From: Candidatus Woesearchaeota archaeon
GTDB taxonomy: Archaea > Nanobdellota > Nanobdellia > Pacearchaeales > GW2011-AR1
DNA: 64,000 bases
Reading direction: 5' to 3'
Assembly (NCBI GenBank): GCA_964592915.1
Contig: CAZQGH010000002.1
Coordinates: 6,435-70,434 of the forward strand
Each line of letters starts with the position of its first letter. The stretch's first letter is position 1. The position numbers and the translations under genes are program-made. The notes under the pieces are model-generated. The model searched no databases. It worked only from the letters and a program-made list of their open reading frames with translations, and was not told the origin of the DNA. Of the stretch, positions 1 through 11,220 are shown piece by piece.

Positions 1-1
1 T

Positions 2-697
2 CCTAAAAAAGGTTTTGAAATTGAAAAAGGGCCCATATTTGCTAATTTTATTATTGCAGATGAAATAAACAGAAGTCCTCCAAAAACTCAGTCAGCTTTA
101 ATTGAAGCTATGCAGGAGAAGCAGGTTACTATTGGGAAAACCACTTTTAGATTGCCTTTGCCATTTTTTGTTATGGCAACTGAAAATCCTTTAGAAACAT
201 CAGGGGTTTATACTTTGCCAGAAGCGCAAGTAGACAGATTTTTGTTCAAAGTTCTAATGGGGTATCCGGAAATTGATGAAGAAAGCAAGATTATGGAGCA
301 AAATATGACTTTAAAGAAGTTTGATGATTTTAATTTGAAAGCTGTAACTTCCCCTAAAGAAATTTTAAAAATGCAGGAATTAACTAAAAGAGTCTATTTA
401 AATGATAAAGTAAAGCAGTATATTCTGAAAATTATTGAAATGACCAGAAAAAAGAATTTTGAAAATGGCAAATATATTGAGTATGGAGGTTCACCAAGAG
501 CAAGCATTGGAATTTTTATAGCTAGCAAGGCTCAAGCATTAATTGAAGGAAGAAATTATGTGGTTCCCAAAGATGTAAAAAAAGTTGTGTATGATGTTTT
601 GAGGCATAGAGTCATTTTATCTTATAGAGCTGGTGTTGAAGGAATAACTTCTGACAAGATTATTAAGGAAATTTTAGAGAAAATTAATATTCCTTAG
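2..697 (+). CDS. moxR: MoxR-family AAA+ ATPase (5' truncated by window edge)
   Basis: Frame is open from base 2: GPIFANFIIADEINRSPPKTQSALIEAMQEKQVT, FFVMATENP, YTLPEAQVDRF, SPRA and LRHR are MoxR motifs. Confidence 0.93.
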   Translation, partial: PKKGFEIEKGPIFANFIIADEINRSPPKTQSALIEAMQEKQVTIGKTTFRLPLPFFVMATENPLETSGVYTLPEAQVDRFLFKVLMGYPEIDEESKIMEQNMTLKKFDDFNLKAVTSPKEILKMQELTKRVYLNDKVKQYILKIIEMTRKKNFENGKYIEYGGSPRASIGIFIASKAQALIEGRNYVVPKDVKKVVYDVLRHRVILSYRAGVEGITSDKIIKEILEKINIP

Positions 698-709
698 TCT
701 TTTTTGAAA

Positions 710-1627
710 ATGGCTAAAAAACAAAGATTAAATATAGATTTAGGTGAGAGAATATCAGAATTTGAAGCATTGATGAAGCATTTTTTGATTCAAAGAATTA
801 TTTATAAAATTATTTTTAGAGGCAAGGGGTTGGAATTTGACGGATATAGAGATTTTTCTCCTGAAGATGATGCCATTGATATTGACTGGAAAGCGACTAT
901 GAGAGCCAATAAAGTATTAGTTAGAAAATATATTGAAGAAAGAGATTTGAAAATAATGTTTGTAATTGATGTTTCAGATAATATGGTTTTTGGTTCTGCT
1001 AAAAAGTTAAAATGTGAAGTTGCTGCTGAATTAGCTGGAACAATGGCTCATTTGATTATCACTTCTGGGGACAGAGTTGGTTTTACATTTTATAATGACG
1101 GAGTTTTAGAAACAGTTCAGCCAAAAGGAGGAAAAAACAGGTTTCATTCGTTTGTTTATGAATTAGGAGACCCAAAAAAGTATGGAGGAAATTCAAATTT
1201 AACTAAAACACTTGATTTTTTGCTGGATTATCTTGATGAGTCAACTTCAGCTGTAATAATTATTTCTGATTTTATCCATGTTAATAAAGAACTGCATGAA
1301 AATCTTAAATTATTCGGGCAAAAATTTGAAACCATGGCAATGATGGTTAAAGACCCTTTAGATATAACTTTCCCAATGATTAATCAGGAGGTTACAATTG
1401 AAGATCCAGTTACAAATCAACAAATAATTGTAAATCCTCGTGTTGCTAAGAAAATATATGAAAAAAATGCTTTAGAACAGGAGAGAATGGTTGAAGAAAT
1501 TTTTAATGATTGCGGAGTAGATTTACTTAAAATTAATACCAGTGAAAAATTTGTCCCTGAATTAGCTGCATATTTGAGAGAAAGAGCTGAAAAGGGCAAG
1601 AAAGTAATTCAGAGAGGTGCAATATGA
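710..1627 (+). CDS. DUF58 (vWA-like) MoxR partner protein
   Basis: G.GLEFDGYRDF..EDD...IDWKATMR, VRKYIEERD, DVSDNM.FG; directly follows moxR; ATG at 710 preferred. Confidence 0.88.
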   Translation: MAKKQRLNIDLGERISEFEALMKHFLIQRIIYKIIFRGKGLEFDGYRDFSPEDDAIDIDWKATMRANKVLVRKYIEERDLKIMFVIDVSDNMVFGSAKKLKCEVAAELAGTMAHLIITSGDRVGFTFYNDGVLETVQPKGGKNRFHSFVYELGDPKKYGGNSNLTKTLDFLLDYLDESTSAVIIISDFIHVNKELHENLKLFGQKFETMAMMVKDPLDITFPMINQEVTIEDPVTNQQIIVNPRVAKKIYEKNALEQERMVEEIFNDCGVDLLKINTSEKFVPELAAYLRERAEKGKKVIQRGAI

Positions 1628-2544
1628 ATTTTACATTTGCTCATCCCCAGTATTTATTATTGCTATTATTAGTCCCTCTGGCAATTTTTATTTATTTTGT
1701 CTCATTACGAAGTTTCAGAAAAAGAGCTTTAAAATTTGCAAATTTTGAAGCAATTTCGAAAGTTAAAGGGGTGGATATATTATCTAAAAATATTTCAGTT
1801 TTTATTTTAAGTTTAATAATCATTATTTTGTTGTCATTAGCTGTGTCAGGTATGGTTATGCATGTGATGATGCAGGGAAGTTCATTTTCATTTGTTTTAG
1901 CTTTGGATGTTTCCAGGAGTATGGAAGCAGATGATTTAGCTCCTACTAGGATACAAGCTGCTAAATCCACATGCATCAATTTTGTTGAAACTTCTCCGAG
2001 AAACACTGAAATTGGGGTTGTTTCTTTTTCAGGAAATACATATATTGAGCATGATTTGACAACAAATAAAGATGAAGTTGTAAATGCAATAAAGCAAATA
2101 CAGATAAGTTCAGTTGAAGGAACAGATATTTATGAAGCTGTGATTACCAGCAGTAATTTATTGAAAAATTATGAAGGTAAAGCTATGATTTTATTAAGTG
2201 ACGGGCAGATAAATGTTCCTAGTTTAGAAGAGGCAATTGAATATGCAAATGAAAATGATATCATAATTAATACTCTTGGGATAGGAACCGAGGAAGGCGG
2301 AAAAACATCTTTTGGAGATTCCAGGATAAATGAAGAATCTTTAAAATCATTAGCTTTTAATACTGGGGGAAATTATTTTAAAGCTGAAACTAATCAGGAA
2401 CTGGAAGATAACTTTAATCAGATGCTGGATTTAACTGAGAAAAAAGTTGCAATTGAATTAGATTTTTATTTTGTTTTTACTTCATTAATTATATTTTTTA
2501 TAATCTATGTTCTTATCAATACAAAGCATAAATCTTTACCTTGA
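1624..2544 (+). CDS. BatA-like membrane vWA domain protein
   Basis: N-terminal F.HP.YLLLL BatA-type helix, MIDAS DVSRSM, GT.I, LLSDG, C-terminal TM. Confidence 0.88.
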   Translation: MNFTFAHPQYLLLLLLVPLAIFIYFVSLRSFRKRALKFANFEAISKVKGVDILSKNISVFILSLIIIILLSLAVSGMVMHVMMQGSSFSFVLALDVSRSMEADDLAPTRIQAAKSTCINFVETSPRNTEIGVVSFSGNTYIEHDLTTNKDEVVNAIKQIQISSVEGTDIYEAVITSSNLLKNYEGKAMILLSDGQINVPSLEEAIEYANENDIIINTLGIGTEEGGKTSFGDSRINEESLKSLAFNTGGNYFKAETNQELEDNFNQMLDLTEKKVAIELDFYFVFTSLIIFFIIYVLINTKHKSLP

Positions 2545-2955
2545 GTCATAATTAGTATCAATTGCTTTTTCAAACATTTTTATTAATTTAGAAATTTCTT
2601 TTTTATCTGGCTTTTCTTTTGCGTAAATTACTTTTTCCATTTCTTTTGAAAATTTGATAAAATCTTTTTTGTTTAATTGTTCAAATTTTTCAGTAATTTC
2701 AGAATAATCTAATTTATAATTAAATCCAAATGCTTCTTTAAAAAAATCTTTAGCTGTTTGACTTAAGATATCAATTTTTTCTTTTTGCTTTTTCCTGTTT
2801 TTTTTCAATTTGCCAATTTTTTGCATATAAATTTTTTTTAAATTATGCTTTTCTTTATGCAGTTTCTTCTTAGTTTTTCTTTCTATAATTGCCAAAACAA
2901 CTATAAGTATGATTATGATTATTATTGCTGAATAAATTAATAATGTTAGTGACAT
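2536..2955 (-). CDS. hypothetical membrane-anchored protein
   Basis: 139 aa ORF, N-terminal TM helix followed by Lys-rich helical region. Confidence 0.6.
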   Translation of the reverse strand: MSLTLLIYSAIIIIIILIVVLAIIERKTKKKLHKEKHNLKKIYMQKIGKLKKNRKKQKEKIDILSQTAKDFFKEAFGFNYKLDYSEITEKFEQLNKKDFIKFSKEMEKVIYAKEKPDKKEISKLIKMFEKAIDTNYDSR

Positions 2956-3006
2956 TTTTTCTTCTTTTTATATATTAATCAGTCAGGGTATAAAAATTTA
3001 ACTAAC

Positions 3007-3038
3007 TTATATTATATATTATAATATATATAATATAA
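3007..3038. repeat. pure A/T inverted repeat in the gyrB upstream region
   Basis: Arms TTATATTATATAT (3007-3019) and ATATATAATATAA (3026-3038), 6-nt loop. Confidence 0.55.
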
Positions 3039-3218
3039 AGTATATATTATAGAACTCTATTTTGGTATTATGCCCTTATAAGGCTTGTAAACCTTAAATT
3101 TTAGCAGAAACATTTATAAAGCTTATTTAGTTTTATATGATATAAAAGAGCCAAGACCTCTTTTTGAAAAAAAATTAATATCATTTTTATGAGGTATTAG
3201 AGAGATTTATCTAAAAAA

Positions 3219-5099
3219 ATGGCTGAAAAAAACTCATATACAGGTAAGGAAATCAAAGTATTGGAAGGTTTAGAAGGAGTCAGACTTAGGCCTGCAATGT
3301 ATATTGGTTCTACTGGGAAAGAAGGGTTGCATCATTTAGTTTATGAAGTTGTTGATAATTCAGTTGATGAATGCTTAGCTGGAGTGTGCAACAAAATTAT
3401 TGTAACTATTCATAAAGATAATTCTGTTACTGTTGAAGATAATGGAAGAGGAATTCCTGTAGATATAAACCCTATCCATAAAAAATCAGCTTTGGAATTA
3501 GTTACAACTAAGCTGCATGCTGGAGGGAAATTTGACAAAAAATCTTATGCAATTTCTGGGGGATTGCATGGAGTAGGAATCTCTGTTGTAAATGCTTTGT
3601 CTAAAGAAATGACAGCTGAAGTAAGAAGAGAAGGCAAAATTTACAAGCAAGAATATAAAAAAGGTGAACCAAAAGGCAAAGTTAAGGAAGTTGGAAAGAC
3701 AAAAGAAACAGGAACAAAAATCACTTTTATACCTGATGATGATATTTTTACAACTTCTGAATTTGACTTTAACACATTAGCTACAAGATTCAGAGAAATT
3801 GCTTTTTTAAATGCAGGATTAAATTTAACTTTGAAAGATGAAAGAAAAGGAAAAAAAGAGGAATTTCATTATGGAGGAGGATTAATTGAATTTGTTAAAT
3901 GGTTGAACAAGACAAAAGATTCCATACATAATCCTATTTTCTTCAAGAAAAAAGAGGGAGAGACAGTTATGGAAATAGCTATACAGTATAATGCTGGTTA
4001 TCAGGAAAATATTTTTGGCTTTGTCAACACTATTAATACAGTTGAAGGAGGAACCCATATAACAGGGTTTAAATCTGCCTTAACAAGAGTAATAAATGAT
4101 TATGCTAAAAGAAACAATATAATAAAAAAAGGAAATTTATCTGGAAATGATGTCAGAGAGGGGTTAACAGCTGTTGTTTCAATAAAAATCCCTGAACCTC
4201 AATTTGAAGGACAAACCAAAACAAAATTAGGAAATTCTGAAATTAAGGGAGAAGTAGATTCTGCTGTTACTCAGCATTTATCCGAGTTTTTAGAAGAAAA
4301 TCCCAAAATAGCTAAAAAAATTGCTGGAAAAGCAGCTGATTCTGCAAGAGCCAGAATGGCAGCTAAGAAAGCTAAAGATTTAGTCAGGAGAAAATCAGCT
4401 TTTGGTTTGTCAGGTTTGCCTGGAAAATTAGCTGATTGTTCATCAAAGAAAAAGGAAAAAACTGAATTGTATATAGTTGAGGGAGACAGCGCAGCTGGCT
4501 CGAGTAAACAGGCTCGTAATAAAGAGTTTCAGGCTATATTGCCATTAAGAGGTAAAATATTGAATGTTGAGAAAGCTGCTCCTGTAAAAGTTTTGTCAAA
4601 TAATGAAATTGCAAGTTTGATTACAGCAATCGGAACAGGAATTGGAGATGAATTTGAATTAAAAAAATTAAGATATAACAAGATTATTTTAATGAGTGAT
4701 GCTGATATTGATGGTCAACATATTAAAACTCTGTTATTGACTTTCTTTTTCAGGTTTATGCCTCAGTTAATTGAAAATGGAAATATCTATGTTGCTGTTC
4801 CCCCATTATATAGAGTTAGGAAAAAGAAAGATCATTATGCTTATACTGAAAAGGAATTGGAAAGATTAACTAAAAAGTTATCTAAACCCAAAGTTACTAG
4901 ATTTAAAGGATTGGGAGAGATGAATCCTTCTCAGTTATGGGAAACAACTATGAATCCTAAATCAAGATTATTAAAAAAAGTTACAATTGATGATGCTGTT
5001 GAAACTGACAGAATATTTTCAATATTAATGGGAGATGATGTAGCTCCAAGAAAGCAATTCATAGTAGAAAAAGCTCATGAAGCTTTTGTAGATATATAA
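3219..5099 (+). CDS. gyrB: DNA gyrase subunit B
   Basis: VRLRPAMYIGS, EVVDNS.DE, LHAGGKF, GGLHGVG, PQFEGQTK, EGDSA, PLRGK, DADIDG, RFKGLGEM. Confidence 0.97.
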   Translation: MAEKNSYTGKEIKVLEGLEGVRLRPAMYIGSTGKEGLHHLVYEVVDNSVDECLAGVCNKIIVTIHKDNSVTVEDNGRGIPVDINPIHKKSALELVTTKLHAGGKFDKKSYAISGGLHGVGISVVNALSKEMTAEVRREGKIYKQEYKKGEPKGKVKEVGKTKETGTKITFIPDDDIFTTSEFDFNTLATRFREIAFLNAGLNLTLKDERKGKKEEFHYGGGLIEFVKWLNKTKDSIHNPIFFKKKEGETVMEIAIQYNAGYQENIFGFVNTINTVEGGTHITGFKSALTRVINDYAKRNNIIKKGNLSGNDVREGLTAVVSIKIPEPQFEGQTKTKLGNSEIKGEVDSAVTQHLSEFLEENPKIAKKIAGKAADSARARMAAKKAKDLVRRKSAFGLSGLPGKLADCSSKKKEKTELYIVEGDSAAGSSKQARNKEFQAILPLRGKILNVEKAAPVKVLSNNEIASLITAIGTGIGDEFELKKLRYNKIILMSDADIDGQHIKTLLLTFFFRFMPQLIENGNIYVAVPPLYRVRKKKDHYAYTEKELERLTKKLSKPKVTRFKGLGEMNPSQLWETTMNPKSRLLKKVTIDDAVETDRIFSILMGDDVAPRKQFIVEKAHEAFVDI

Positions 5100-5102
5100 A
5101 AA

Positions 5103-7598
5103 ATGGCAGAAGAAAATAAAGACGAACAGAAAGAACTTGAAGAACCTCCTAAAGTTATTAAAGAAGCTGTTGAAGAAAAAGGAGTAGAACCAGCTGAAAT
5201 TACTGAGGAGATGGAGCAGGCATATATAGATTATGCCATGTCAGTTATAGTTGGGAGAGCATTACCAAGTGTAGAAGATGGTTTAAAACCAGTTCACAGA
5301 AGAATTCTTTATGCGATGAGTCTTATGGGCTTAAAACCCAATAAGCAGACAAAAAAATCCGCAAGAATTGTAGGAGATGTAATAGGCAGATTACATCCTC
5401 ACGGAGATTTAGCTGTTTATGATGCTTTGGTGAGAATGGCTCAGGATTTTTCATTAAGATATCCTTTAGTTACTGGGCAAGGCAATTTTGGTTCATTAGA
5501 TGGAGATTCTGCAGCTGCGTATAGATATACAGAGGCAAAATTAACTCCAGTATCAATGGAATTATTAGAAAATATGAACAAAAATACTGTTAAAATGCTG
5601 CCTAATTTTGATGGCTCTTTAAAAGAGCCCGAGGTTTTACCTGGCAAAATTCCTAATTTATTAATAAATGGTTCCTCAGGAATAGCTGTGGGAATGGCAA
5701 CTAATATCCCCCCTCATAATTTAACTGAAGTATGTGATGCAACAATTAAGTTTATTGAAAAACCGGACATGGATACAAAGCAGTTATTGAGATATATCCA
5801 GGGCCCTGATTTTCCTACAGGAGGGGATATAACAGGAGATATGGAAGAAATTTATACTAAAGGAAAAGGAAGAATTACTATAAGAGGAACTTCAACAGTT
5901 GAGGAAAGAAAAAAGAAAACGAGGATTGTAGTTACTGAGATTCCTTACCAGGTTAATAAAGCTGATTTGATAAGCCAGATAGCAAAATTAGTAGGAGATA
6001 AAAAACTAACTGATATCAGAGATATCAGAGATGAATCAGCTAAAGGAAAAGTAAGAATTGTTATTGAGCTAAAAAAAGGGGCAGATCCTAAATTCACAAT
6101 AAACAGATTGTATAAACATACACGATTACAGGACAGATTTGATGTTAATTTAGTCGGATTAATAGATGGAAAACCTCAGACATTAAATCTGAGGAAGATA
6201 GTCAAGGCTTATGTTGACCACAGGAAATTAATGATTGAGAGGAGAACTAAATTTGACTTGAAAAATGCACAAAACAGATTAGAGATTGTTGAAGGGTTGC
6301 TGATTGCATTAAAAGATATAGATAAAGTTATTGATACCATAAAAAAAGCTGCAAATACCACAGAAGCAAGAGATAAATTGATGAAGGGATATAAATTATC
6401 TACAAAACAAGCTGATGCAATTTTGGAAATAAGATTATCTTCTTTAACAAGATTAGAGCAGGACAAGCTGAAAAAAGAAAAAGAAGATTTAAAGCAAACA
6501 ATAAAAGAACTGGAAAAAATATTGTCAAGTGAAAAGGAAATTCTTCAAGTAATAAGAAAAGAATTATTGGAAGTAAAAAGAAAATACGGCGATGAAAGAA
6601 AAAGTTCTGTATTAGACAGAATGAAAAAGCTTAAAGAAAAAGATTTAGTTAAGAAATCTCAAGTTGTAATATCCATAACAGACAAAGGTTATGTTAAGAG
6701 ACAGGATTTGAGAACATATAAAGAGCAAAAAAGAGGGGGAAAAGGAGTAATTGGTTCAGATTTGGCAACAGGAGATTTTGTCAAAGAAATAATAACCTGT
6801 TCAACTCACGATTACTTAATGCTGTTTACAAATAAAGGAAGAGTTTATTGGTTAAAGGCATTTAAAGTTCCTGAGATAAGAAGATATGGTAAAGGGAAAG
6901 CAATTGTAAATATTGTTAAATTAAAAAAAGGAGAAGCAATAGCATCAATTTTAAATGTTAAGAACTTTGAAGGGGAAATAATATTGTCAAGCAAAAACGG
7001 GCATGTTAAAAAATTAAATCTGGAAAAACTATCTAAACCAAGAAAAACAGGAGTTAGAGTAATGAAATTACCTTCTAAAGATGATTTGATTGATGTTAAA
7101 GAAGTTTCTAAGGATGCAGAAATAATGCTGATTTCTTCTAAAGGACAGGCAATTAGATTTAAAAGCAATGAAGTCAGAAGCATGGGAAAGGCAGCTTATG
7201 GAGTTACAGGGATTAAATTAGGCAAAGAAGATGAAGTAGTTAGCATGGAAGTTGTTGAAAAAGAAGACAAAGAAAAAACTCTTCTAACTATTTCAGAAAA
7301 AGGATATGGGAAAAGAAGCAAAATTACAGATTACAGAGTTATTGGAAGAGCTGGAAAAGGAGTTATTAATTTGAAAGTTACTCAGAAAACAGGGAATGTT
7401 GTGTCAACAGTTCTGGCAGAATCAACCGATTCAGTAATTGTAACAACAGCTAAAGGAATGATAATAAGGACAAATATGAAAGGAATAAGAGTAATAGGAA
7501 GAGCTACTCAGGGAGTCAGGATAGTCAAATTGCAAAAAGGAGACAGAGTTTCTGATATTTTAAAAGTACCAGAAGCTGAAGAAGAGGAACAAATTTAA
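5103..7598 (+). CDS. gyrA: DNA gyrase subunit A
   Basis: [26 protein letters not shown], catalytic RYTE, GyrA-box QKRGGKG, beta-pinwheel repeats. Confidence 0.97.
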   Translation: MAEENKDEQKELEEPPKVIKEAVEEKGVEPAEITEEMEQAYIDYAMSVIVGRALPSVEDGLKPVHRRILYAMSLMGLKPNKQTKKSARIVGDVIGRLHPHGDLAVYDALVRMAQDFSLRYPLVTGQGNFGSLDGDSAAAYRYTEAKLTPVSMELLENMNKNTVKMLPNFDGSLKEPEVLPGKIPNLLINGSSGIAVGMATNIPPHNLTEVCDATIKFIEKPDMDTKQLLRYIQGPDFPTGGDITGDMEEIYTKGKGRITIRGTSTVEERKKKTRIVVTEIPYQVNKADLISQIAKLVGDKKLTDIRDIRDESAKGKVRIVIELKKGADPKFTINRLYKHTRLQDRFDVNLVGLIDGKPQTLNLRKIVKAYVDHRKLMIERRTKFDLKNAQNRLEIVEGLLIALKDIDKVIDTIKKAANTTEARDKLMKGYKLSTKQADAILEIRLSSLTRLEQDKLKKEKEDLKQTIKELEKILSSEKEILQVIRKELLEVKRKYGDERKSSVLDRMKKLKEKDLVKKSQVVISITDKGYVKRQDLRTYKEQKRGGKGVIGSDLATGDFVKEIITCSTHDYLMLFTNKGRVYWLKAFKVPEIRRYGKGKAIVNIVKLKKGEAIASILNVKNFEGEIILSSKNGHVKKLNLEKLSKPRKTGVRVMKLPSKDDLIDVKEVSKDAEIMLISSKGQAIRFKSNEVRSMGKAAYGVTGIKLGKEDEVVSMEVVEKEDKEKTLLTISEKGYGKRSKITDYRVIGRAGKGVINLKVTQKTGNVVSTVLAESTDSVIVTTAKGMIIRTNMKGIRVIGRATQGVRIVKLQKGDRVSDILKVPEAEEEEQI

Positions 7599-7657
7599 AC
7601 TAATTTTATATTTTGCAGTATAATAATGTTTATAAATTAGAATTTTGAAATAAAAAT

Positions 7658-8044
7658 ATGGTTTCAGAAATTATTGAAAAATTAAGAAAAAATGATAAGA
7701 ATACTGATGTAGTTTTTGATTTAGAAGCAGATTCGTTAACAAGCCAGATAATCTTGCAGACTGGTTTGAGAATTTCAGATTTTGATTTATTTGTTTTGTC
7801 TCCAGAAAATGGAAAGTATAGAGGAGAATTATTTTCAGGATATGAGTATAGGGTGGAAGAAGGAGAAGCGTGGATTGAAAAACCAGGTTTAGGTATGAGA
7901 ATTCCTGGCAATAAATTAGTTGCAGAAAATGTTCCTGTCAATGTAAGATTTGATGGCAATTATGATTTTAAAAGTCACGATTTATTAGTATTTGTCAGAA
8001 GAGAAAGAGAAACTTCTTATAAAATGGATGTTTATGCTGAATAA
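7658..8044 (+). CDS. hypothetical protein
   Basis: 128 aa ATG ORF filling the gap after gyrA; no recognised motif. Confidence 0.55.
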   Translation: MVSEIIEKLRKNDKNTDVVFDLEADSLTSQIILQTGLRISDFDLFVLSPENGKYRGELFSGYEYRVEEGEAWIEKPGLGMRIPGNKLVAENVPVNVRFDGNYDFKSHDLLVFVRRERETSYKMDVYAE

Positions 8045-8179
8045 ATATTTTATTATGTATCATAGACAGGTAATAAATATCCTGAGTAAAATAATTTTTT
8101 GTTAATTAATTTATTATGAAAAAATTTCTGTGTTGTTTAAATTATCTGGCAATAAAAAAGGTTTTTGATATAAGAAAAA

Positions 8180-10468
8180 TCAACCTAAATAAGGTTTATC
8201 CAAGGCAGCTTTAGCTGATTTCAGATAGTCATCTTCTACTTTTTTATAACTTTCTAAATCTTCTTTTTTTACTGAAGCTTTAACTTTTTTCATAGCTTCA
8301 TCAAAATGTTTTTTCTTAACTTCTTTTGTTTTAATGTCTTTTCTTAGAGCTATCATCGCAGCTTCTCTAACCAGGTTTTCCAAATCAGCTCCGACATAGC
8401 CCTCAGTTTGTTCTGATAATTTTTTCAAGCTGACATCTTTTCCTAAAGGCATTTTTTTTGTATGTATTTTCAGGATTTCTTCTCTGCCTTTTTTGTTTGG
8501 AACAGAAACTAGCGATATTCTGTCAAATCTACCAGGCCTTAATAATGCCGGGTCTAACATGTCTGGACGGTTAGTAGCTGCTATCACAATAACATTTGAT
8601 AATTCTTCTAATCCATCCATTTCTGCTAATAACTGGTTTAGAACTCTTTCAGTGACTTTTGTTCCTTGTTCAACTCCTCTTCTTCCGGCTAATGAGTCAA
8701 TTTCATCAAAAAATATTATACATGGCGCAACTTGTCTTGCTCTTTCAAATACTTTTCTTATTCCTTCCTCAGATTTTCCTACCCACATACTTAATAACGA
8801 AGGTCCTTTTACCTGAATAAAATTAGATTCTGATTCTTTTGCCACAGCTTTAGCCAGCAATGTTTTTCCTGTTCCTGGTGGGCCATATAATAGTATTCCA
8901 CGAGGAGGTCTTATACCCATTCTTGTAAATGAGTCAGGATTGTTAAGAGGCCATTCAACAGCTTCTTTTAATTCCTGTTCAATATCTTCTAATCCTCCGA
9001 CATCTTTCCAGCCTACATTTGGAGTTTCTACTAAAACTTCTCTCATTGCAGATGGCCTAACAGCTTTAAGAGCTTCTTTAAAATCAGAGTTTGTGATTCT
9101 TAATTCGTCTAAAACTTCTTTTGGGATTTGTTCCCCTTCTTTTAAATTTAGTTTAGGCATGTGTTTTCTTAAAACAATCATTGCTGCTTCTTTTGCTAAA
9201 GACTCTAAATCTGCACCAACAAATCCATGAGTTATTCCTGCATAGGATTCTAAATCAACATCTTTCTCTAAAGGCATGTTTCTTGTATGGATTTTCAATA
9301 TAGCTAATCTGCCTTGCTTGTCAGGAACATTTATTTCAATTTCTCTGTCAAATCTACCAGGCCTTCTTAAAGCGGGGTCTACAGCATTTGGCCTATTAGT
9401 AGCTCCTATTACAATTACTTTGCCCCTTCCTTTTAATCCGTCCATCATGGTTAATAACTGAGAAACAACTCTTCTTTCTACTTCCCCATATGCTTCTTCT
9501 CTTTTTGGAGCAATTGCATCAATTTCATCAATAAATATTATAGTTGGCGAGGATTTTTCAGCTTCTTCGAAAATATCCCTGATTCTTTTTTCAGATTCTC
9601 CGTAGAATTTACTCATTATTTCTGGACCATTTAATAAAATGAAGTTAGCTTCAGATTCATTTGCCACAGCTTTTGCTAGTAAGGTTTTTCCTGTTCCTGG
9701 CGGGCCGTGCAATAAAACTCCTTTTGGAGGCTGTATGCCCAATCTTGAAAATAATTCAGGGTGTTTTAATGGCAATTCAACCATTTCTCTGATTTTTTTG
9801 ATTTCTTCATTTAATCCTCCAATATCTTCATAAGTAATTTCAGGTATTCTTTCTTCAGTAATTTCAACAGCTTTTGGAGAAACAACTACTTCAGTATTTT
9901 CTGTTATAATAACTGGTTGAGAAGGTGTTGTAGAAGCTATTACAAACTTTATCTGACTAAATCCTGAAAACCCTAAATTATTAAATGCATTTCCAAATAC
10001 AGAGCCAAAAAACTCTTCAAATTCATCAGAAATTAAATCTTTTCTTCTTTGCGCCCCTCCTAACACGACTATGTCTCCTTTTGTCACTGTTCTGCCTAAT
10101 AATCCCTGTTTAAACAATTCCGGAGAACCCTGGACTGTTATACCTTTTTGAGAAGGAGCTATAGTAACTTTTTTTGCTTCTTTAACTTCAGCTTTTTCTA
10201 TTAATATCAATTCTCCTATACCTGTTCCTGCATTTCTTCTTATAATTCCGTCAATTCTTATTATTTTTTCTCCAATATCTGCCGGATAAGCTCTGTCCAC
10301 AATAGCAACAGTTTCTTTTTTACCTTTAATTTTGATTACATCTCCTCTGTTGATGCCTAAACTTCTCATTATTTCTGTGTCAATTCTGGCTATTCCTTTG
10401 TATGCATCATCTTGTAAAGCTTCAACTACTTTTAGTCTTATATTATCTTTAGGTTTTTTTGTCGGCAT
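8180..10468 (-). CDS. cdc48: CDC48/VCP family AAA+ ATPase
   Basis: N-domain plus two AAA modules (GPPGTGKT twice, [14 protein letters not shown]). Confidence 0.97.
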   Translation of the reverse strand: MPTKKPKDNIRLKVVEALQDDAYKGIARIDTEIMRSLGINRGDVIKIKGKKETVAIVDRAYPADIGEKIIRIDGIIRRNAGTGIGELILIEKAEVKEAKKVTIAPSQKGITVQGSPELFKQGLLGRTVTKGDIVVLGGAQRRKDLISDEFEEFFGSVFGNAFNNLGFSGFSQIKFVIASTTPSQPVIITENTEVVVSPKAVEITEERIPEITYEDIGGLNEEIKKIREMVELPLKHPELFSRLGIQPPKGVLLHGPPGTGKTLLAKAVANESEANFILLNGPEIMSKFYGESEKRIRDIFEEAEKSSPTIIFIDEIDAIAPKREEAYGEVERRVVSQLLTMMDGLKGRGKVIVIGATNRPNAVDPALRRPGRFDREIEINVPDKQGRLAILKIHTRNMPLEKDVDLESYAGITHGFVGADLESLAKEAAMIVLRKHMPKLNLKEGEQIPKEVLDELRITNSDFKEALKAVRPSAMREVLVETPNVGWKDVGGLEDIEQELKEAVEWPLNNPDSFTRMGIRPPRGILLYGPPGTGKTLLAKAVAKESESNFIQVKGPSLLSMWVGKSEEGIRKVFERARQVAPCIIFFDEIDSLAGRRGVEQGTKVTERVLNQLLAEMDGLEELSNVIVIAATNRPDMLDPALLRPGRFDRISLVSVPNKKGREEILKIHTKKMPLGKDVSLKKLSEQTEGYVGADLENLVREAAMIALRKDIKTKEVKKKHFDEAMKKVKASVKKEDLESYKKVEDDYLKSAKAALDKPYLG

Positions 10469-10469
10469 T

Positions 10470-10727
10470 TTATAAATGATTAACTTTATTTAAGATGGTT
10501 TTAAATTCGATTTTTTCTTCTTTAGTCTCAGGAAATTGCACATGAGTCCAAAGAACTCTGTATTTTGAACTTTTTCTTATCTTCCATTTGCCTCTTGATT
10601 TAACTGCAACTTCTTCTGCCCAGTTTTCATTGGGAGGGGATAATCTTACCATTAAATATAAGTTTCCTTCAGCTTTTTTTCTAATTACTCCATAATCTTC
10701 TGTATTATTCTTAATTTGGTTTATCAT
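10470..10727 (-). CDS. small hypothetical protein coupled to AbrB-like gene and cdc48
   Basis: 85 aa; start overlaps the upstream stop (ATGA); ends 1 nt before the cdc48 ATG. Confidence 0.55.
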   Translation of the reverse strand: MINQIKNNTEDYGVIRKKAEGNLYLMVRLSPPNENWAEEVAVKSRGKWKIRKSSKYRVLWTHVQFPETKEEKIEFKTILNKVNHL

Positions 10728-11059
10728 TTTTCAAACATTAAACTTAGTCTTCTTGCATCTTCAAATGCAAGTTTAACCATATTATCCATTATTTTCTCTT
10801 GTTCCTTTATAAATTCTACTATTTCTTTTGGAATTGATACAGCATAACTATTTCCTACTAATCGTAACTTGACTTTAAAAGTTTTGTTTTTTAGCTTTAA
10901 ATAGTTTTCATATTCTGCTTCATCCTGAGGATGTATAATTATATTCCCGCAATCACATTTTAAAGCTCTTAATTCTAACCCGTTTTTAACAATTTTTACT
11001 TTTTGCATCTGCTTATTGCAATTTTTACATAATATCTTGTTGTCAAATATATCTGTCAT
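10724..11059 (-). CDS. Zn-ribbon + AbrB/MazE/SpoVT-type DNA-binding protein
   Basis: CKNC...CDC; C-terminal KLRLVGNSYAVSIPKEI AbrB signature; likely start MTDIF at 11059. Confidence 0.75.
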   Translation of the reverse strand: MTDIFDNKILCKNCNKQMQKVKIVKNGLELRALKCDCGNIIIHPQDEAEYENYLKLKNKTFKVKLRLVGNSYAVSIPKEIVEFIKEQEKIMDNMVKLAFEDARRLSLMFEK

Positions 11060-11086
11060 TTTTCTGTTATTTGTTTTGATTAGGAT

Positions 11087-11144
11087 AACTGTTCCCATAG
11101 GGAACAGTTGAAAGGAGGTATGTGTATACATACATGTATACACA
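11087..11144. promoter_or_regulatory. two perfect palindromes upstream of AbrB-like gene (putative operator and leader hairpin)
   Basis: AACTGTTCCC-ATA-GGGAACAGTT (11087-11109) and TGTGTATACAT-AC-ATGTATACACA (11121-11144), between a minus-strand TATA-like element and the ATG. Confidence 0.6.
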
Positions 11145-11220
11145 GGATAATGTATATATAAATGTTTCGTTTTTTGGGATTTTTATGAGAGTAATAAATG
11201 CAAAAGAAAGAAATAATTGT

